Translations under genes and position numbers: made by a program
Part shown: positions 25,821-39,299 of the stretch, in pieces
How the letters are laid out: the number at the start of each line of letters is the position of its first letter
Position numbering within the stretch: position 1 is the first letter of the stretch
Source: Amphiscolops sp. MND2022
Taxonomy: Eukaryota
Direction: 5' to 3'
NCBI GenBank assembly: GCA_964187785.1
Contig: OZ076409.1
Span: 20,400,001-20,464,000, forward strand
DNA: 64,000 nucleotides
The notes under the pieces: model-generated
The model's input: only the letters and a program-made list of their open reading frames with translations
Database searches by the model: none
Told to the model about the DNA's origin: nothing

Positions 25821-27933
25821 GATTACTAGAAACTTTCTCGTCAGAAATTTCGTGGTCGATAATTACGTTCTAAAAGACGTCTGAGTTTTGCTCATCCAAT
25901 GGGAATCGTCTATTGTTGATTCTACTAATGTTGATTCTGTAAATGTGCAAGACGCCCGCTGACCGAGATATTTTCAGCCCCAAATTGTTCTACAACATAA
26001 ATTTGAGGCTTTCTTCCTACGTGGGAAAGTGCAAAACATTTTTTGGAAGGCGTAATGCATATTTTGGGGTATGATGGGAGCTTATGGAATGTTTAAGATT
26101 TGACAAATAAGGTCCAAAAAGATTTTTAGGTTTTCGAGTGAGGTTTTTTAAAATATGAATTTGTCCGATATCGTCTTGAAACAATGCCGGCAGCTATACG
26201 TTTCAATCATGAGCCAATGGATTTTCTACTTGGAAAGAACCATTCGGAAAGGGTCCAAAAATGTCAAGAAGTGGGCACTTTTGTTGTTCTTAGTTTTTCG
26301 CTTATTTTGGGTCATTCTAAGGTAAATTTTGCTACCGTCAAAACTCCAAATTTCCCCTTTTAAGAGCGTGCTGTGTACCTAGTTATACCAAGAGCTTTGT
26401 GAGGCTTTTCTGACCACCAAATGCTTCTGATCTCGAAATAATCACTTAAAATGTCAAGAATTTTGTTTTCAATTTGAGGCATTTTCCAACAAGTTTGTAC
26501 ATATGTCTTCGGAAAAGCCTACTGGATAACAAGTTCAATCGGCAAATTCTACTGGATTTTGAAAATTTTCAAAATATTGGCTGAAAATATTTTGACTACA
26601 AAACATTTCAAAAAGGACAATAGTTGCATTAAAACGTCAAGGTGTTAGAAGTATTCGACTCATTTGAAGTTGTTCCGATGTGTTTTTGAAGCGAACCGAT
26701 GCAACGTTTTCTTCGAAAGGCGTACTACATAGCCAATTGTTTCGTTTTTGAACTTTTTGGACCTTCTAACCCATGAAATCTCTCGGAAATTGTTCACAAA
26801 TTGCATGAAAAACGACAAAAACTGTCTTTTGGGACTTTTCAACATTTTCCGGCTCGAGTTGAAGGGTTTTCCTATTGTAAACTGTTTTCATCTCTTGACA
26901 AAAGCCTACTTCCCTTGTTGAACAGTTTATTCTAATCCCCGAAATTTATCAAAACTTTGACAAACTTGTCATTTTGGAGTCAATTTGAGACATTTTTCAA
27001 TTGAAAAAATCGTATTTATTTATTGAAAAACCTACTGGACAACAAATTCTTTACTTGTTGACACTTTTTAACATTCTAATGTTCGAAGTCCATCGAAAAT
27101 TGCATGAAAACTTTGATAAGTGGAAATTTTGGACTTTTTGTCATTTTAGGTGTCAGTAAGATTTTTTTTTAGAAAACTGTAAGAAAAGCCTACTAGACAA
27201 CGAATTGTTGTCTTTAGAAAACTTTACAAAAATTGCATAAAAACCTTCAAAATAGGAACTTTTTGGGTTGTGTTTTCTTTTTCGATTTCAAGTTGAGGCA
27301 TTTTCCTCTTGAAAACTGCACTTGTCGCTTCACAAAAGACTTTTGGATAATGAAAACTGACCTTGTTGAAAGTTTTCAACATTCTAATCCACGATGTCTA
27401 TCGAAAATGCATGAAAACGTTAAAATTGAGACGTTTTGGAGTTTTTTCGGGGTCTTTTTGATCGTACCCGAAAAAGTCCAAAAATCTCTATAAAAACGCA
27501 TTGCATGAAGCCAAGTTTGAGTGAGTTGAATTCTAGGGTGACACCCTTCAATTTGAAAAAATATTTGGAACATGGCAAATTTTGGAAAAAAAACGCGGCT
27601 GATTTGAATGTTTTCCTTTCCCATTTACTATTTATTATGGTTCAGAGAAAAAGAAAAAGAGAGAAAGAGAATTTTTTCAACACATTACTTTTACGCCTAT
27701 TCAAACCGACCTCAATAAGTGTCTCGGTGAGTTGATTCAATGTAATTAACTTCCTGGCTCAGATTTGATGTCCAAATGATTCTTGCTATTGAGTTTCAAG
27801 TTTCAATAATCAAGTAATGATAATTTGATTAATTCAAATAAACCTTCGCGTGAAAGCTTCCAATGCTAATAACTACGACGAAATTTCTGGATTTGCTATG
27901 ACTAATTTTCTGACGACGAAAATTTCGCCTCTC
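25821..27933. mobile_element. 2.1-kb non-autonomous TIR element (AAATTTCGTCG subterminal family)
   Basis: Ends GATTACTAGAAA... / ...CGACGAAAATTTCGCCTCTC match the ends of 41259-41905 in inverted orientation; 8-bp TSD CAATTTTC (25813-25820, 27934-27941). Confidence 0.65.
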
Positions 27934-30900
27934 CAATTTTCATGCCAACATTTTCAACCTTTCTCATGAAAACGTTTTTAGTTCGTTTTTGCACTGCTAC
28001 GACGTGAAAGGTGTTAATGAAGAGCTACGTAATCGCAATTCAACTAGAAATCGTGTGGGTGCTTGATTAGTTGCACCCGAATGCTCGTCAAGATTAAGAC
28101 AGATCTCCCTAGGCGACTTAGACACTTATGGAGGACCTTGCCATCGCTGTTCGAACAATGATATCATTCGGCGTTTGAACATACAGGTTTTGTAATATTG
28201 ATTCCGAAAAACATTTCTTTCTGTTGGAACAATAGATTCACAAGAAATGATACGTGCAGAAACATTTTTTTGCATTGGTCTTTTGAACCGGTTTTCAGAT
28301 AACAAGAAAATTGAAATTCAAATTTAATTGTTTTTAGGCTATTCATCCAATTCTGATCCCTAACTTTTCTTGCAAGTTTGCTCTAGACCCCAGATCGGGG
28401 AAAAATTGTTGAAGAAGTTCAAATATGCCTGCTCGTTTCCCAATGAAAATATTTTATTGTATTTTTGTATAATATTGATACAATAAAATGAAAGGAACCT
28501 CTTAGGATTTATATAAAAATGCTAACATGAAAACGTTAACACCTTAAGAAATTTCTACCTTATTTTAAAAACGTTTATAGTTCAAGATTCGAGATTATTT
28601 TTTTTCATGACGAAAAGGCTCGAAATGAAAAAAAAATGATATCAAAGTTGAATGAGAGCCAGCTAAATGTTTTGTTTCACAAATGTTTTGTCTTGAAACA
28701 ATGCCGGCAGCTATACGTTTCAATCATGAGCCAATGGATTTTCTACTTGGAAAGAACCATTCGGAAAGGGTCCAAAAATGTCAAGAAGTGGGCACTTTTG
28801 TTGTTCTTAGTTTTTCGCTTATTTTGGGTCATTCTAAGGTAAATTTTGCTACCGTCAAAACTCCAAATTTCCCCTTTTAAGAGCGTGCTGTGTACCTAGT
28901 TATACCAAGAGCTTTGTGAGGCTTTTCTGACCACCAAATGCTTCTGATCTCGAAATAATCACTTAAAATGTCAAGAATTTTGTTTTCAATTTGAGGCATT
29001 TTCCAACAAGTTTGTACATATGTCTTCGGAAAAGCCTACTGGATAACAAGTTCAATCGGCAAATTCTACTGGATTTTGAAAATTTTCAAAATATTGGCTG
29101 AAAATATTTTGACTACAAAACATTTCAAAAAGGACAATAGTTGCATTAAAACGTCAAGGTGTTAGAAGTATTCGACTCATTTGAAGTTGTTCCGATGTGT
29201 TTTTGAAGCGAACCGATGCAACGTTTTCTTCGAAAGGCGTACTACATAGCCAATTGTTTCGTTTTTGAACTTTTTGGACCTTCTAACCCATGAAATCTCT
29301 CGGAAATTGTTCACAAATTGCATGAAAAACGACAAAAACTGTCTTTTGGGACTTTTCAACATTTTCCGGCTCGAGTTGAAGCGTTTTCCTATTGTAAACT
29401 GTTTTCATCTCTTGACAAAAGCCTACTTCCCTTGTTGAACAGTTTATTCTAATCCCCGAAATTTATCAAAACTTTGACAAACTTGTCATTTTGGAGTCAA
29501 TTTGAGACATTTTTCAATTGAAAAAATCGTATTTATTTATTGAAAAACCTACTGGACAACAAATTCTTTACTTGTTGACACTTTTTAACATTCTAATGTT
29601 CGAAGTCCATCGAAAATTGCATGAAAACTTTGATAAGTGGAAATTTTGGACTTTTTGTCATTTTAGGTGTCAGTAAGATTTTTTTTTAGAAAACTGTAAG
29701 AAAAGCCTACTAGACAACGAATTGTTGTCTTTAGAAAACTTTACAAAAATTGCATAAAAACCTTCAAAATAGGAACTTTTTGGGTTGTGTTTTCTTTTTC
29801 GATTTCAAGTTGAGGCATTTTCCTCTTGAAAACTGCACTTGTCGCTTCACAAAAGACTTTTGGATAATGAAAACTGACCTTGTTGAAAGTTTTCAACATT
29901 CTAATCCACGATGTCTATCGAAAATGCATGAAAACGTTAAAATTGAGACGTTTTGGAGTTTTTTCGGGGTCTTTTTGATCGTACCCGAAAAAGTCCAAAA
30001 ATCTCTATAAATACGCATTGCATGAAGCCAAGTTTGAGTGAGTTGAATTCTAGGGTGACACCCTTCAATTTGAAAAAATATTTGGAACATGGCAAATTTT
30101 GGAAAAAAAACGCGGCTGATTTGAATGTTTTCCTTTCCCATTTACTATTTATTATGGTTCAGAGAAAAAGAAAAAGAGAGAAAGAGAATTTTTTCAACAC
30201 ATTACTTTTACGCCTATTCAAACCGACCTCAATAAGTGTCTCGGTGAGTTGATTCAATGTAATTAACTTCCTGGCTCAGATTTGATGTCCAAATGATTCT
30301 TGCTCTTGAGTTTCAAGTTTCAATAATCAAGTAATGATAATTTGATTAATTCAAATAAACCTTCGCGTGAAAGCTTCCAATGCTAATAACTACGACGAAA
30401 TTTCTGGATTTGCTATGACTAATTTTCTGACGACGAAAATTTCGCCTCTCCAATTTTCATGCCAACATTTTCAACCTTTCTCATGAAAACGTTTTTAGTT
30501 CGTTTTTGCACTGCTACGACGTGAAAGGTGTTAATGAAGAGCTACGTAATCGCAATTCAACTAGAAATCGTGTGGGTGCTTGATTAGTTGCACCCGAATG
30601 CTCGTCAAGATTAAGACAGATCTCCCTAGGCGACTTAGACACTTATGGAGGACCTTGCCATCGCTGTTCGAACAATGATATCATTCGGCGTTTGAACATA
30701 CAGGTTTTGTAATATTGATTCCGAAAAACATTTCTTTCTGTTGGAACAATAGATTCACAAGAAATGATACGTGCAGAAACATTTTTTTGCATTGGTCTTT
30801 TGAACCGGTTTTCAGATAACAAGAAAATTGAAATTCAAATTTAATTGTTTTTAGGCTATTCATCCAATTCTGATCCCTAACTTTTCTTGCAAGTTTGCTC

Positions 30901-31197
30901 TAGACCCCAGATCGGGGAAAAATTGTTGAAGAAGTTCAAATATGCCTGCTCGTTTCCCAATGAAAATATTTTATTGTATTTTTGTATAATATTGATACAA
31001 TAAAATGAAAGGAACCTCTTAGGATTTATATAAAAATGCTAACATGAAAACGTTAACACCTTAAGAAATTTCTACCTTATTTTAAAAACGTTTATAGTTC
31101 AAGATTCGAGATTATTTTTTTTCATGACGAAAAGGCTCGAAATGAAAAAAAAATGATATCAAAGTTGAATGAGAGCCAGCTAAATGTTTTGTTTCAC
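26173..31197 (+). repeat. Tandem duplication, 2517-bp period (26173-28680 and 28690-31197)
   Basis: Near-identical copies; ORF-track entries repeat at +2517; only three substitutions noticed by eye. Confidence 0.95.
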
Positions 31198-33052
31198 CTT
31201 TCATGATACCAATGCCCACAAAACAGCCAAAAAATGTGGTTCATTTGCACAAAACAGTCGATAGCTGAGAACAAAGTTGAGACAGATTATTTCACCTTCA
31301 ACGCGGGACGTAGCTCGAAAAACCAGTTTTTATTATAAAAACGGTGTTTTTATTGGATACTCGCCATAGCAAGCTACGTTATCATAATTACTACCAACCG
31401 GTAAAAGGCTCGACTTGCAGCTGTGACTTCCTCAAGGTTCCATTCGCCGTTAATCTTTGTTTCTGCGTCAATTGTGGTTTTCTCTCTTGAGGAAATTGTT
31501 TCCAGAAAGTATTTGAAATTGTCGAACTTTGAAAATGGTATTGTGCGCGGTGTCCTGGTGTTTTTAAACTCTGGATATTCTCATTTTTGGAAACTGTTCA
31601 AAAATTACACGAAAAATTTCAGAGTAGTAACGTTTTGTGAAAATATTGGCATTTTCGAGAGCAATTTGGGGCATTTTTAGAAGGTACTTTCATAAAAAAA
31701 GTGGTAAAAAACACTGTATTTCCTACTTAAAATAGTATATAAAATTCATTCCGATTCTAAGACGCAGTGCATACAACATAAGTGATGAAAAAATGTAATT
31801 GAAGGGTAAAAGGGGGTAATTATGGTAACGAATTATGGGGAGGTAAAATGGTAAACACTCCAACATTTTATTCCATATTGCGGTCGGTCTATTTTATTTT
31901 AGTATCTTTGGAAAAGAAAATATTTGATTCTTTTTTTGGGTAGATCATATCTCTCGATGATTACCTAACCTACGAACTCAATTTTATGACTGTTTAATTC
32001 TTCTAACGACGTCTATATCTTTGGTACGAAATTAGAACACGGCCTAAGAAAACACAGCTGAGTTAGTATTTTTCTCTCTCCATAAAAATCTGAGTGGAAA
32101 ATGATAATTATGAGAATTTTATTAGTCAAAATGAATTGAGAACATCGTCTATTGAGACATCTTAAACAAAAAAGAATTTTTGCGAATCTTTCAGGATTGC
32201 CATTTTTTCAACGAGTATTACAAACATCGGAGTTTTGTTCCGAGTTCAAGTCACCTGATTTGTCAGAGTCTGCAGTTCAGTTTTTTTTTTAATTTTTCGA
32301 TGAGTGCTCGAAAAACTTCCTGTTTTTAGGATACCTAACAAAAATTTGTTACTCATTATTCGTGAACAGTACCCTGAAAACGTTGAACCATTTGAAATTG
32401 AGCTTTTATAACATGATGATAGAGATCCTGTTAATCAAAACCAAGCTGTAATAATGAGGCCGATCACAAGAAAGTCTTGTTACTTAGTTAATTAGATTTG
32501 TGTAAAACGAACGCACTCCACGCAAAATGTCAGCAATTGTTCTTGTCGGGAAGTAGAGTTTGTCCCTAACAGGGACAGCAATTCACTGCTATGGCAGTGA
32601 AAAGCAATGAACGGCGGAATTGTTGGCTTAAAGCAGCGATAACTTTAACAAAGCAGTGGTTGATATCATTGGGAAACAAGTGTTTTTTAGAGATCAAACT
32701 GAAAATATTGTTTGACTTCCATGTGTTGAATCAAAATTTTTATTCCAGCTGTAAACGAATTTGTGAAACTTCCAGAAACATCTCCAAATACAGCTATTTC
32801 TCTATTCAAATTTGATGAATAATGATTCAAATTGAAATCAAAAAAGTGATTCAAAGTAAATTTCACCCTAAAATTTAGAGAAAAGCAGTGAAAAGCAGAT
32901 TTTTCAGATGAGAGAAGCAAATTTTTCGTTGGAAGGCCGCAGTTAATTGCGGTCCCTGGTCCGTAGGTAATTGTCATAACTACTGGTTTTCTTTGACTTC
33001 AATGCAAATATGGGGCATTTTCCCCTGATTTCTGTCTACTGCTCTTTGAAAC

Positions 33053-33494
33053 GGTCGCGGGACAAAATAGCCGATTTTCAAAACGAGACAAAACAGCCGA
33101 TTTTCAAAACAAGACAAACAGCCGATTTTGAAAATGGAACAAAATGAGTGTTGTTACAGCCAATAAGAATAGAACTTGATTAATTTGAAGAGGTTCATAT
33201 TAGTTGTATGGCTCGGTCGCTTCGCTCCCTTCTCCAAGTAGCAACATTGAGGCATGACCATACGGCACGTCGCTCCGCTTCGCTCCTGCATTTAGGGCAC
33301 TAGGGGTATGTGAACATAGCTGACTACGTTGTAATAATAATTTTATTGACTGCTAATCCTACGCATTGACAAAATAGGCTATTTTTATTTCTACCAATCG
33401 GCAATTTTGTACGGTTTTAAAATCGGCAGTTTTGTCCTATTTTGAAAATCGGCTGTTTTGTCCCGTTTAAAATCGGCTGTTTTGTCCCGCTCCC
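33053..33494. mobile_element. MITE (ACAAAACAGCCGATTTT family) carrying core cassette 1
   Basis: TIRs GGTCGCGGGACAAAATAGCCGATTTT / AAAATCGGCTGTTTTGTCCCGCTCCC; 8-bp TSD TTTGAAAC/TTCGAAAC; core 1 at 33203-33334. Confidence 0.85.
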
Positions 33495-33585
33495 TTCGAA
33501 ACTAGAATATTAAATGAACAAAATCAATGGGAAAAGTTTTGGCCATTTGAACTGCTCATATTTTTTTAAATCTATAAATTGTCTA

Positions 33586-33961
33586 AACAAGTCGGGACAG
33601 GCCCAAGTCGGCGCCATATCTAAGGCTCAAAAATAGCAAAAGGACGTCAAAATGTCAAAATATTGGTGAATTGGGAACCTTCTATGAAAAAAAATTTCCC
33701 GAAAACAATCTCGCAATGCCAAAAAAAAACAAAAGAGGGACCCTTTGGTCTCGCCCTGTATTGTATGTTACGCGGGAAACCTTTTTGGTTCAGTTCCTTG
33801 GACCAACGGAATTTCTTAAAATTTTGTATAACTTTTGGGGTAGAACTATTTTGGTCACTTCAGGTGTATCAAAAAAAAATGAAATATAAAAATATTTTAA
33901 AAACACTGACGAAAAGCCATGACTATAGTCGACTCTTTTCTCTAGAAAAGCGCCGACTAAA
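33586..33961 (-). mobile_element. HINE, terminus type 1
   Basis: Same termini as 15831-16366 (AACAAGTCGGGACAGGCCCAAGTCGGCGCCATATC ... CTATAGTCG..AAAAGCGCCGACTAAAA). Confidence 0.75.
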
Positions 33962-34616
33962 AAGAAATTACTGATTAAGTGTACTAACTATCGTGTTCTT
34001 TAGGGATAAAAGAAAAGTTTTTAAAAAAGAAACGTTTTATTATGAAAAAGAGGTGTCTATCGCAAGCTAGCAATAGATATCAAACTAACAAATGGAAATA
34101 TATCAGACTGCATTAAAGATGCAGTATTTATTTTAAAATGAAAGAGAAATACAAATTACCAAACGTTTGTTACATTTGCACCCTAAGTTGAACGTGAATA
34201 AGTTAACCGAAGCTAGCGTATGGAGCACCGATGATATATATGGTAGTTAAGTAGTTAGGGTTGACGATTCAATGTTGATTGATTCACGTTGAATCTGAAT
34301 TAAAGCTCTTTCGGTCAAAAAAAACATAATAATAGCAAATACGTAAAGCAACCGCGATGCTTCAGGAATACTGTATCAAAAAACAGCAGTGACTATTATA
34401 ATTTTTGGATAACAACATATTGCAAATTGTTTTTTATAAAAACACCGAGACAAAATCAGATATAACAGAAATTAAAACTTGTATACACAATATAAATTAT
34501 AAACCAAACCAAACAGGTAAAGCTAATGAGAGAAGCACCAAATGGTGATATGATAATGTAGACCGTTAGGGATAAGTATGGCAGTGGTAGTTGAGGTCAA
34601 AGGTCAACCGCGTGAC

Positions 34617-37600
34617 CTAAGAGGGCGGGGCCCAGGCAGCACCAATGAGGTCACTGGGCGTGAAGTTGGCTTTGTTAGTGGTGCTGTCAGTCTGTCTGAG
34701 TCCATTGCGGATGTTGATGCTGCTATCCACAGCTATCCTGGGTCTTACCAGATTAACAACTGATGTGCAGTAATAGAGGAAAGGTTCTGGGTCGGAATCC
34801 AGGGAAACACCATAGCTAACTGCCTTGTCCACTGTTTGGAAGAAACCTGAAGCAAACCACAAACGTTGGTTTTGTTTTTTTTTCACATTTTTTTAAAACA
34901 AGATCTGTTTACATACTCCTATAGGTGATGATTTCAAATGACTTCCGTATATTACGTTATACGCATCTTTCATTAGAATTGAAATATTAATACTCACATT
35001 TAATTTCATGATTTTGCAACATCTTGTCGATTTCAGTCCAAACCTTTCGAGCTGCTGCCATGTGTTCAGAAGGGTCTATAATTTGGTTGTTGTGGGTGGA
35101 AACTTTTTCCTGGGGTTTAACGGCTGCATGTTGTGCTGTCTGCTGGCAGGTAACTTGCAAGGCTACTTCACCTTGATTCTGATCGCAATCCACTTCCATT
35201 GGTGCATCCGGTGATTTTGCGTCAGGTGAGGTAAGCTTGTTTTGAGCATCTGATGACGTCATTTTAGAAGAATTCGAAGAAGTAATCTTGATAGTATTGG
35301 ATGACGTAACATTGACTGTATAAGATGACGCAACTTGCATTGTTTCAGATGACGACATATTCTGCGCACTGAAAGTATCTGGCGTTGTTTTGACTTCTTT
35401 CTTCATTTTTCTGTCAAAACTTTCTTGTCCCGACTGTCTTTCAATAGGTGCTCTTTCTTTCTGTTCCTTCTTCGGCTCAGATGGAGGTTCCAAAAACGTG
35501 TATACTGGCATCACTTCGTGTGGGTTGTATTCGATTTTGGCAGGTTTGGGAATTGTCGCGAGTTCTTGTTTTGTTGGCATTGGTCTGGAAGGTTTTTTCG
35601 GTTTGATTTCCACCTTCGTAGCAACGCGAGCATTTTCGCCAAAACAGTCAATCACTAACTTTTCTTTTACTTCAGACTTCGGCTTGATCTTGCTGACAGA
35701 GCCCTCAGCCAAGATTTCAGACTTTCCAAACCCAAAAAGATCGACGTCTACAAATGTCTTTGTTTCATTTTTGACAGTTACAGTGGCCTTTGAAGATTTG
35801 ACGGGAGGTTTCTGGGAGGTTTCCAAGGAGGCATTCACGTTTTTCAACTCTTTGGAGGCTACAGCTGCTTTGGGAGGAGGTTTCATAAGTTTTTCATCTT
35901 TTGCCGCAGCTTTGGGTTTTGATTTCAAAACAGTTTTATCCTGGTTCAAGTTTTTAGGAACACTTGCAGTTTTTGCTGTCCCCTGAGCAACATTTTCCTT
36001 CGTTTTTTGAGGAGGTCCGTTCTTTGGTTCATTATCCTCCGAAATAATGCTGACAGCAACCTTCGGGGGCATATTAAGAGCGTTTTGCGGGGGTACTTGA
36101 GGAGCAATGGTATTATTCAAGTTTTTAGGAACAGCGGCTGTAACGCTTGTGTCTTTTGGCTGATCATTGACAGGGGCCCTTTCTTTCGACAATGCATTCT
36201 CGGAAAGCTCATTACTAGGTAGTATTTTGGCCTTTTTAGCTTGTTGGTCGTTTCCAAATGCACTTTTATTTTCAAGGAGCCTTTTTGCAGACACTGTGGA
36301 GTCATTTTGAGTGACCGGTTTTGTCTGAAACACAAATATTCAAAACTATTAAATTCAAAATGCTTAAGAGTACAAAAAATGATTTGAGTTGCAATGAAAT
36401 TTTTTTCTGATTAAAATTCCTACCTGCTAGAAAAGTGGATATTAAAGTTCGCTTAAGAAAGTAGACTACACGACACAAGTAGGTTACATGAGTTAAACAA
36501 ACATCTAAAAAGTTTGACACAGTTCGACATATTGTTACGCGTATATTGTGACACGCGTATATCATGTGACACTACGTATGCATTTGAAACTTTCTTTCTG
36601 ACCTCCATTTAAAAAACTATTGCTAAATTTCACAAATTTTACCTGATTGTCGATTCCCGTCTGCATCCTTCTGGCTTGTTTTCGAATGTACTCTCTACTG
36701 ATGCATATTTTGTATGTCTGTATTTCCATGTGCGCTTCTAGTTTGAGCATGAGAACGTCCATGATGTCAATTCTCTCTCTCGTCGCCTTGTCGATCGATG
36801 AGTCAGAGACTGGTGTGGTAGACCCGTCTGCTATGCTCCTCTGATGTGTGACCACTCCAGATTGCGCCTTGTTCACGCACTTCGCATTCAGTATCTTGGC
36901 AGTTCTGAAACAACAATTGATTATAAATAACTTATAAAGCAGCACAAGATTTAGAACTCAGCAGTGAAATGAGGGGATTTCCTCAAAATTCAAAATATCT
37001 TTTATGAGCCATTAATCCTCCGTCTACTTTATATTTTTCAAGTTATATATCACAATTATATATACCACTATATACCACTATATAAGATATATATCACTAT
37101 TATGTAGAAAAGTTTTGAAAAAAATTGAAATAGTATTAGAATGCGATAGTTTCAAAAAGCTTTGGGGGATAAACGTTTTTCAAAGCCCCCTCCTTAACCT
37201 TCAAGTTTTCTAGTTTTTAAAAATTTGATTATTCAACCATCAGTTGTTGAAATATATTAGCTAAAAATGGAGAACTATATGGTTTTTTGAACTCCATATA
37301 AGATTGATTAATAATCAGAATTTAGCAAAAACCAAAATAACACTAGAGTTATATGTCTTCAAATTTATAATCAAATTCTAGTTTTATTTTGGTTTTTGCT
37401 AAATTTTCAAGGCACTTGAAGCATTTGGCGTTATCTTAGAATTGATGTGTTGTTACCTGAGTATCTTTTTGACCTCTTTGGAATTGAAAATGCTGAGGGC
37501 GTTGGAGGTTTCCTTGTAGGAGAGAGAGACTGCGGCGTATTGGAGGTAGTAAATGACAGCTTGTGTGTAGTCCATGCAACTCTCCAACGTCTTGTCTTTG

Positions 37601-37972
37601 CGCTGAAATCAAAAGTAATCGTGATTGACTTCAGTTCGAATATAAATATTTTTTTTGCAATTATTTCCCCCTTACACCTTCCAGTTTTATGAAAGATTTA
37701 TTGTCTTAGTTTTTGGCGCAATTAAAAGTTTAAATTTGCTTTAGAGTTTCTTGAACATTAAAAGATTGTTGAAGTTTTTCCGTTTTCTGAAAGTAGGAAA
37801 AGTAAAAGCCGTCAATATATAGTTTAGAAAAATCCTGTATTTTCGTATGATAACATGAATTGAAGAATTGATTTTCACTTACCATGTCAGCTTTCCTTTT
37901 GTAAGACTTTGCTTGCTGGGAGTAGAAATCTCTTTTGTAGCACCACAAGTCTGCTGATTTCTTAGTAGCCAT
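34617..37972 (-). CDS. 684-aa protein, 5 exons; AF4/FMR2 (AFF) C-terminal homology domain-like helices flanking a ~420-aa Lys/Pro/Ser-rich low-complexity insert
   Basis: Exons 37972-37883, 37602-37457, 36904-36643, 36324-34998, 34846-34617; all GT-AG, phases 0/2/0/1, 2055 nt open. The gene structure is well supported. The family assignment rests on remembered similarity (DFYSQQAKSYKRKAD; DYTQAVIYYLQYA; VWTEIDKML..FFQTVDKAV) and is tentative. Confidence 0.7.
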
Positions 37973-39299
37973 TGGAAAGAAGTTGTGATACGGAAAAATG
38001 AGGAGATAAGAATATTTTGAAGTGGAAATGAAAATTGATGAGTGAATTAAACTTAGAACAACTGATAATGATTTAATTGCGGTTGGTTTTTGTATTTGGC
38101 GAAGAGTTAATGATGGTATCATGGCGCAATTATTTTATTACAAGAATGGTTACCCGCTAAAACAGGTGTGAGGACTCAAGTTTAGTCGCTAAGTTCGCGC
38201 CTCTTCATATTTGAAAGGGCGGCTCTTATTTAAACGACTGGTACCGAAGACACGATACCCGCAGTTTACCCTCCAATATTGAACGACGCCGCGTTTTGGC
38301 GTCAAGCCACCTGTTATCTCACTTTCTCACTTGACATCAAACAATAGGCGGCCGCTGTTTTTTATCTTCATTGAACATCAGTGAAATCCCGGATTTGAAA
38401 AAAGATGAAAGATATACTATAAAATAATACCCAGCCCATTAATTATCATCCATTAAGATATTATATATGTATCCATATGGTATAAAAAAAGTATATATTT
38501 TTGGAAAAGGGCAAAATGACCTTGAATGCAAAAATGGGAATCTAATCTCTCACCTCTGAAACCATTGCCAAATATTCCAACCAAGAGTTATGAGTTGAAA
38601 TGAAATGTTGACAGTTTTTCAATATGCACTGGTTAGCGAGAAATTTTAAATTAGCGGGTGATTTATGGGACATTTCCATTCTAGAAATGATGGTTTTCTA
38701 GGATTTATCATTGAATTAACTATTTTGCCGAGAAAATGGTGCCATGAACTTGATCGTAGACATAAATCCAATTCACCCATTTGAATAATAAAATATTAGC
38801 CGATGCGTTTATTTGGAGATTTCTTCAAAGTTTTTTGTAGACATGGACCATTGCAGCTAAGGAAAGTTTATCCAGCTCTTTCGCATCGAAAATTTCCCCA
38901 AAATTGTCCAAATTTAGGAGACTCTACTTTGTAGGAAATGTTTCAATTTAATCAGAACATTCTTAGGCTGTATGTTTTTCAATTAAATATTTCAATATAG
39001 TTCCAACTTTAGTTGAAACTTCCAACTAAAAGATCTAATTAAAACATTGAACAACGAAGTCTAAGCTACAATCTCTGTTTTCATCACGACCAGAAAACTC
39101 AAAATTTCAAAAAAAAGTACTGTAACTGAGACTGTTGTTTCGTCGCATAATGAAAATGAACAGATGCAAATACTTAACAATTTCAAAAACATGAAGCAAA
39201 TATTCCGCAGTTCATATTGCTAATCCTTCAGAATTACTTCTTCAGAGTGCAATAAAAAACACACTTCTCAAGAACCAGTTATCCTTGAAATTCACAAGT

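Noticed and set aside
26660..30863. Duplicated 60-100 aa ORFs in the 2.5-kb tandem repeat
   Set aside because: AT-rich non-coding TE interior with no protein-like features.
35390..35986. 198-aa plus-strand hydrophobic ORF
   Set aside because: Antisense shadow of the large minus-strand exon.
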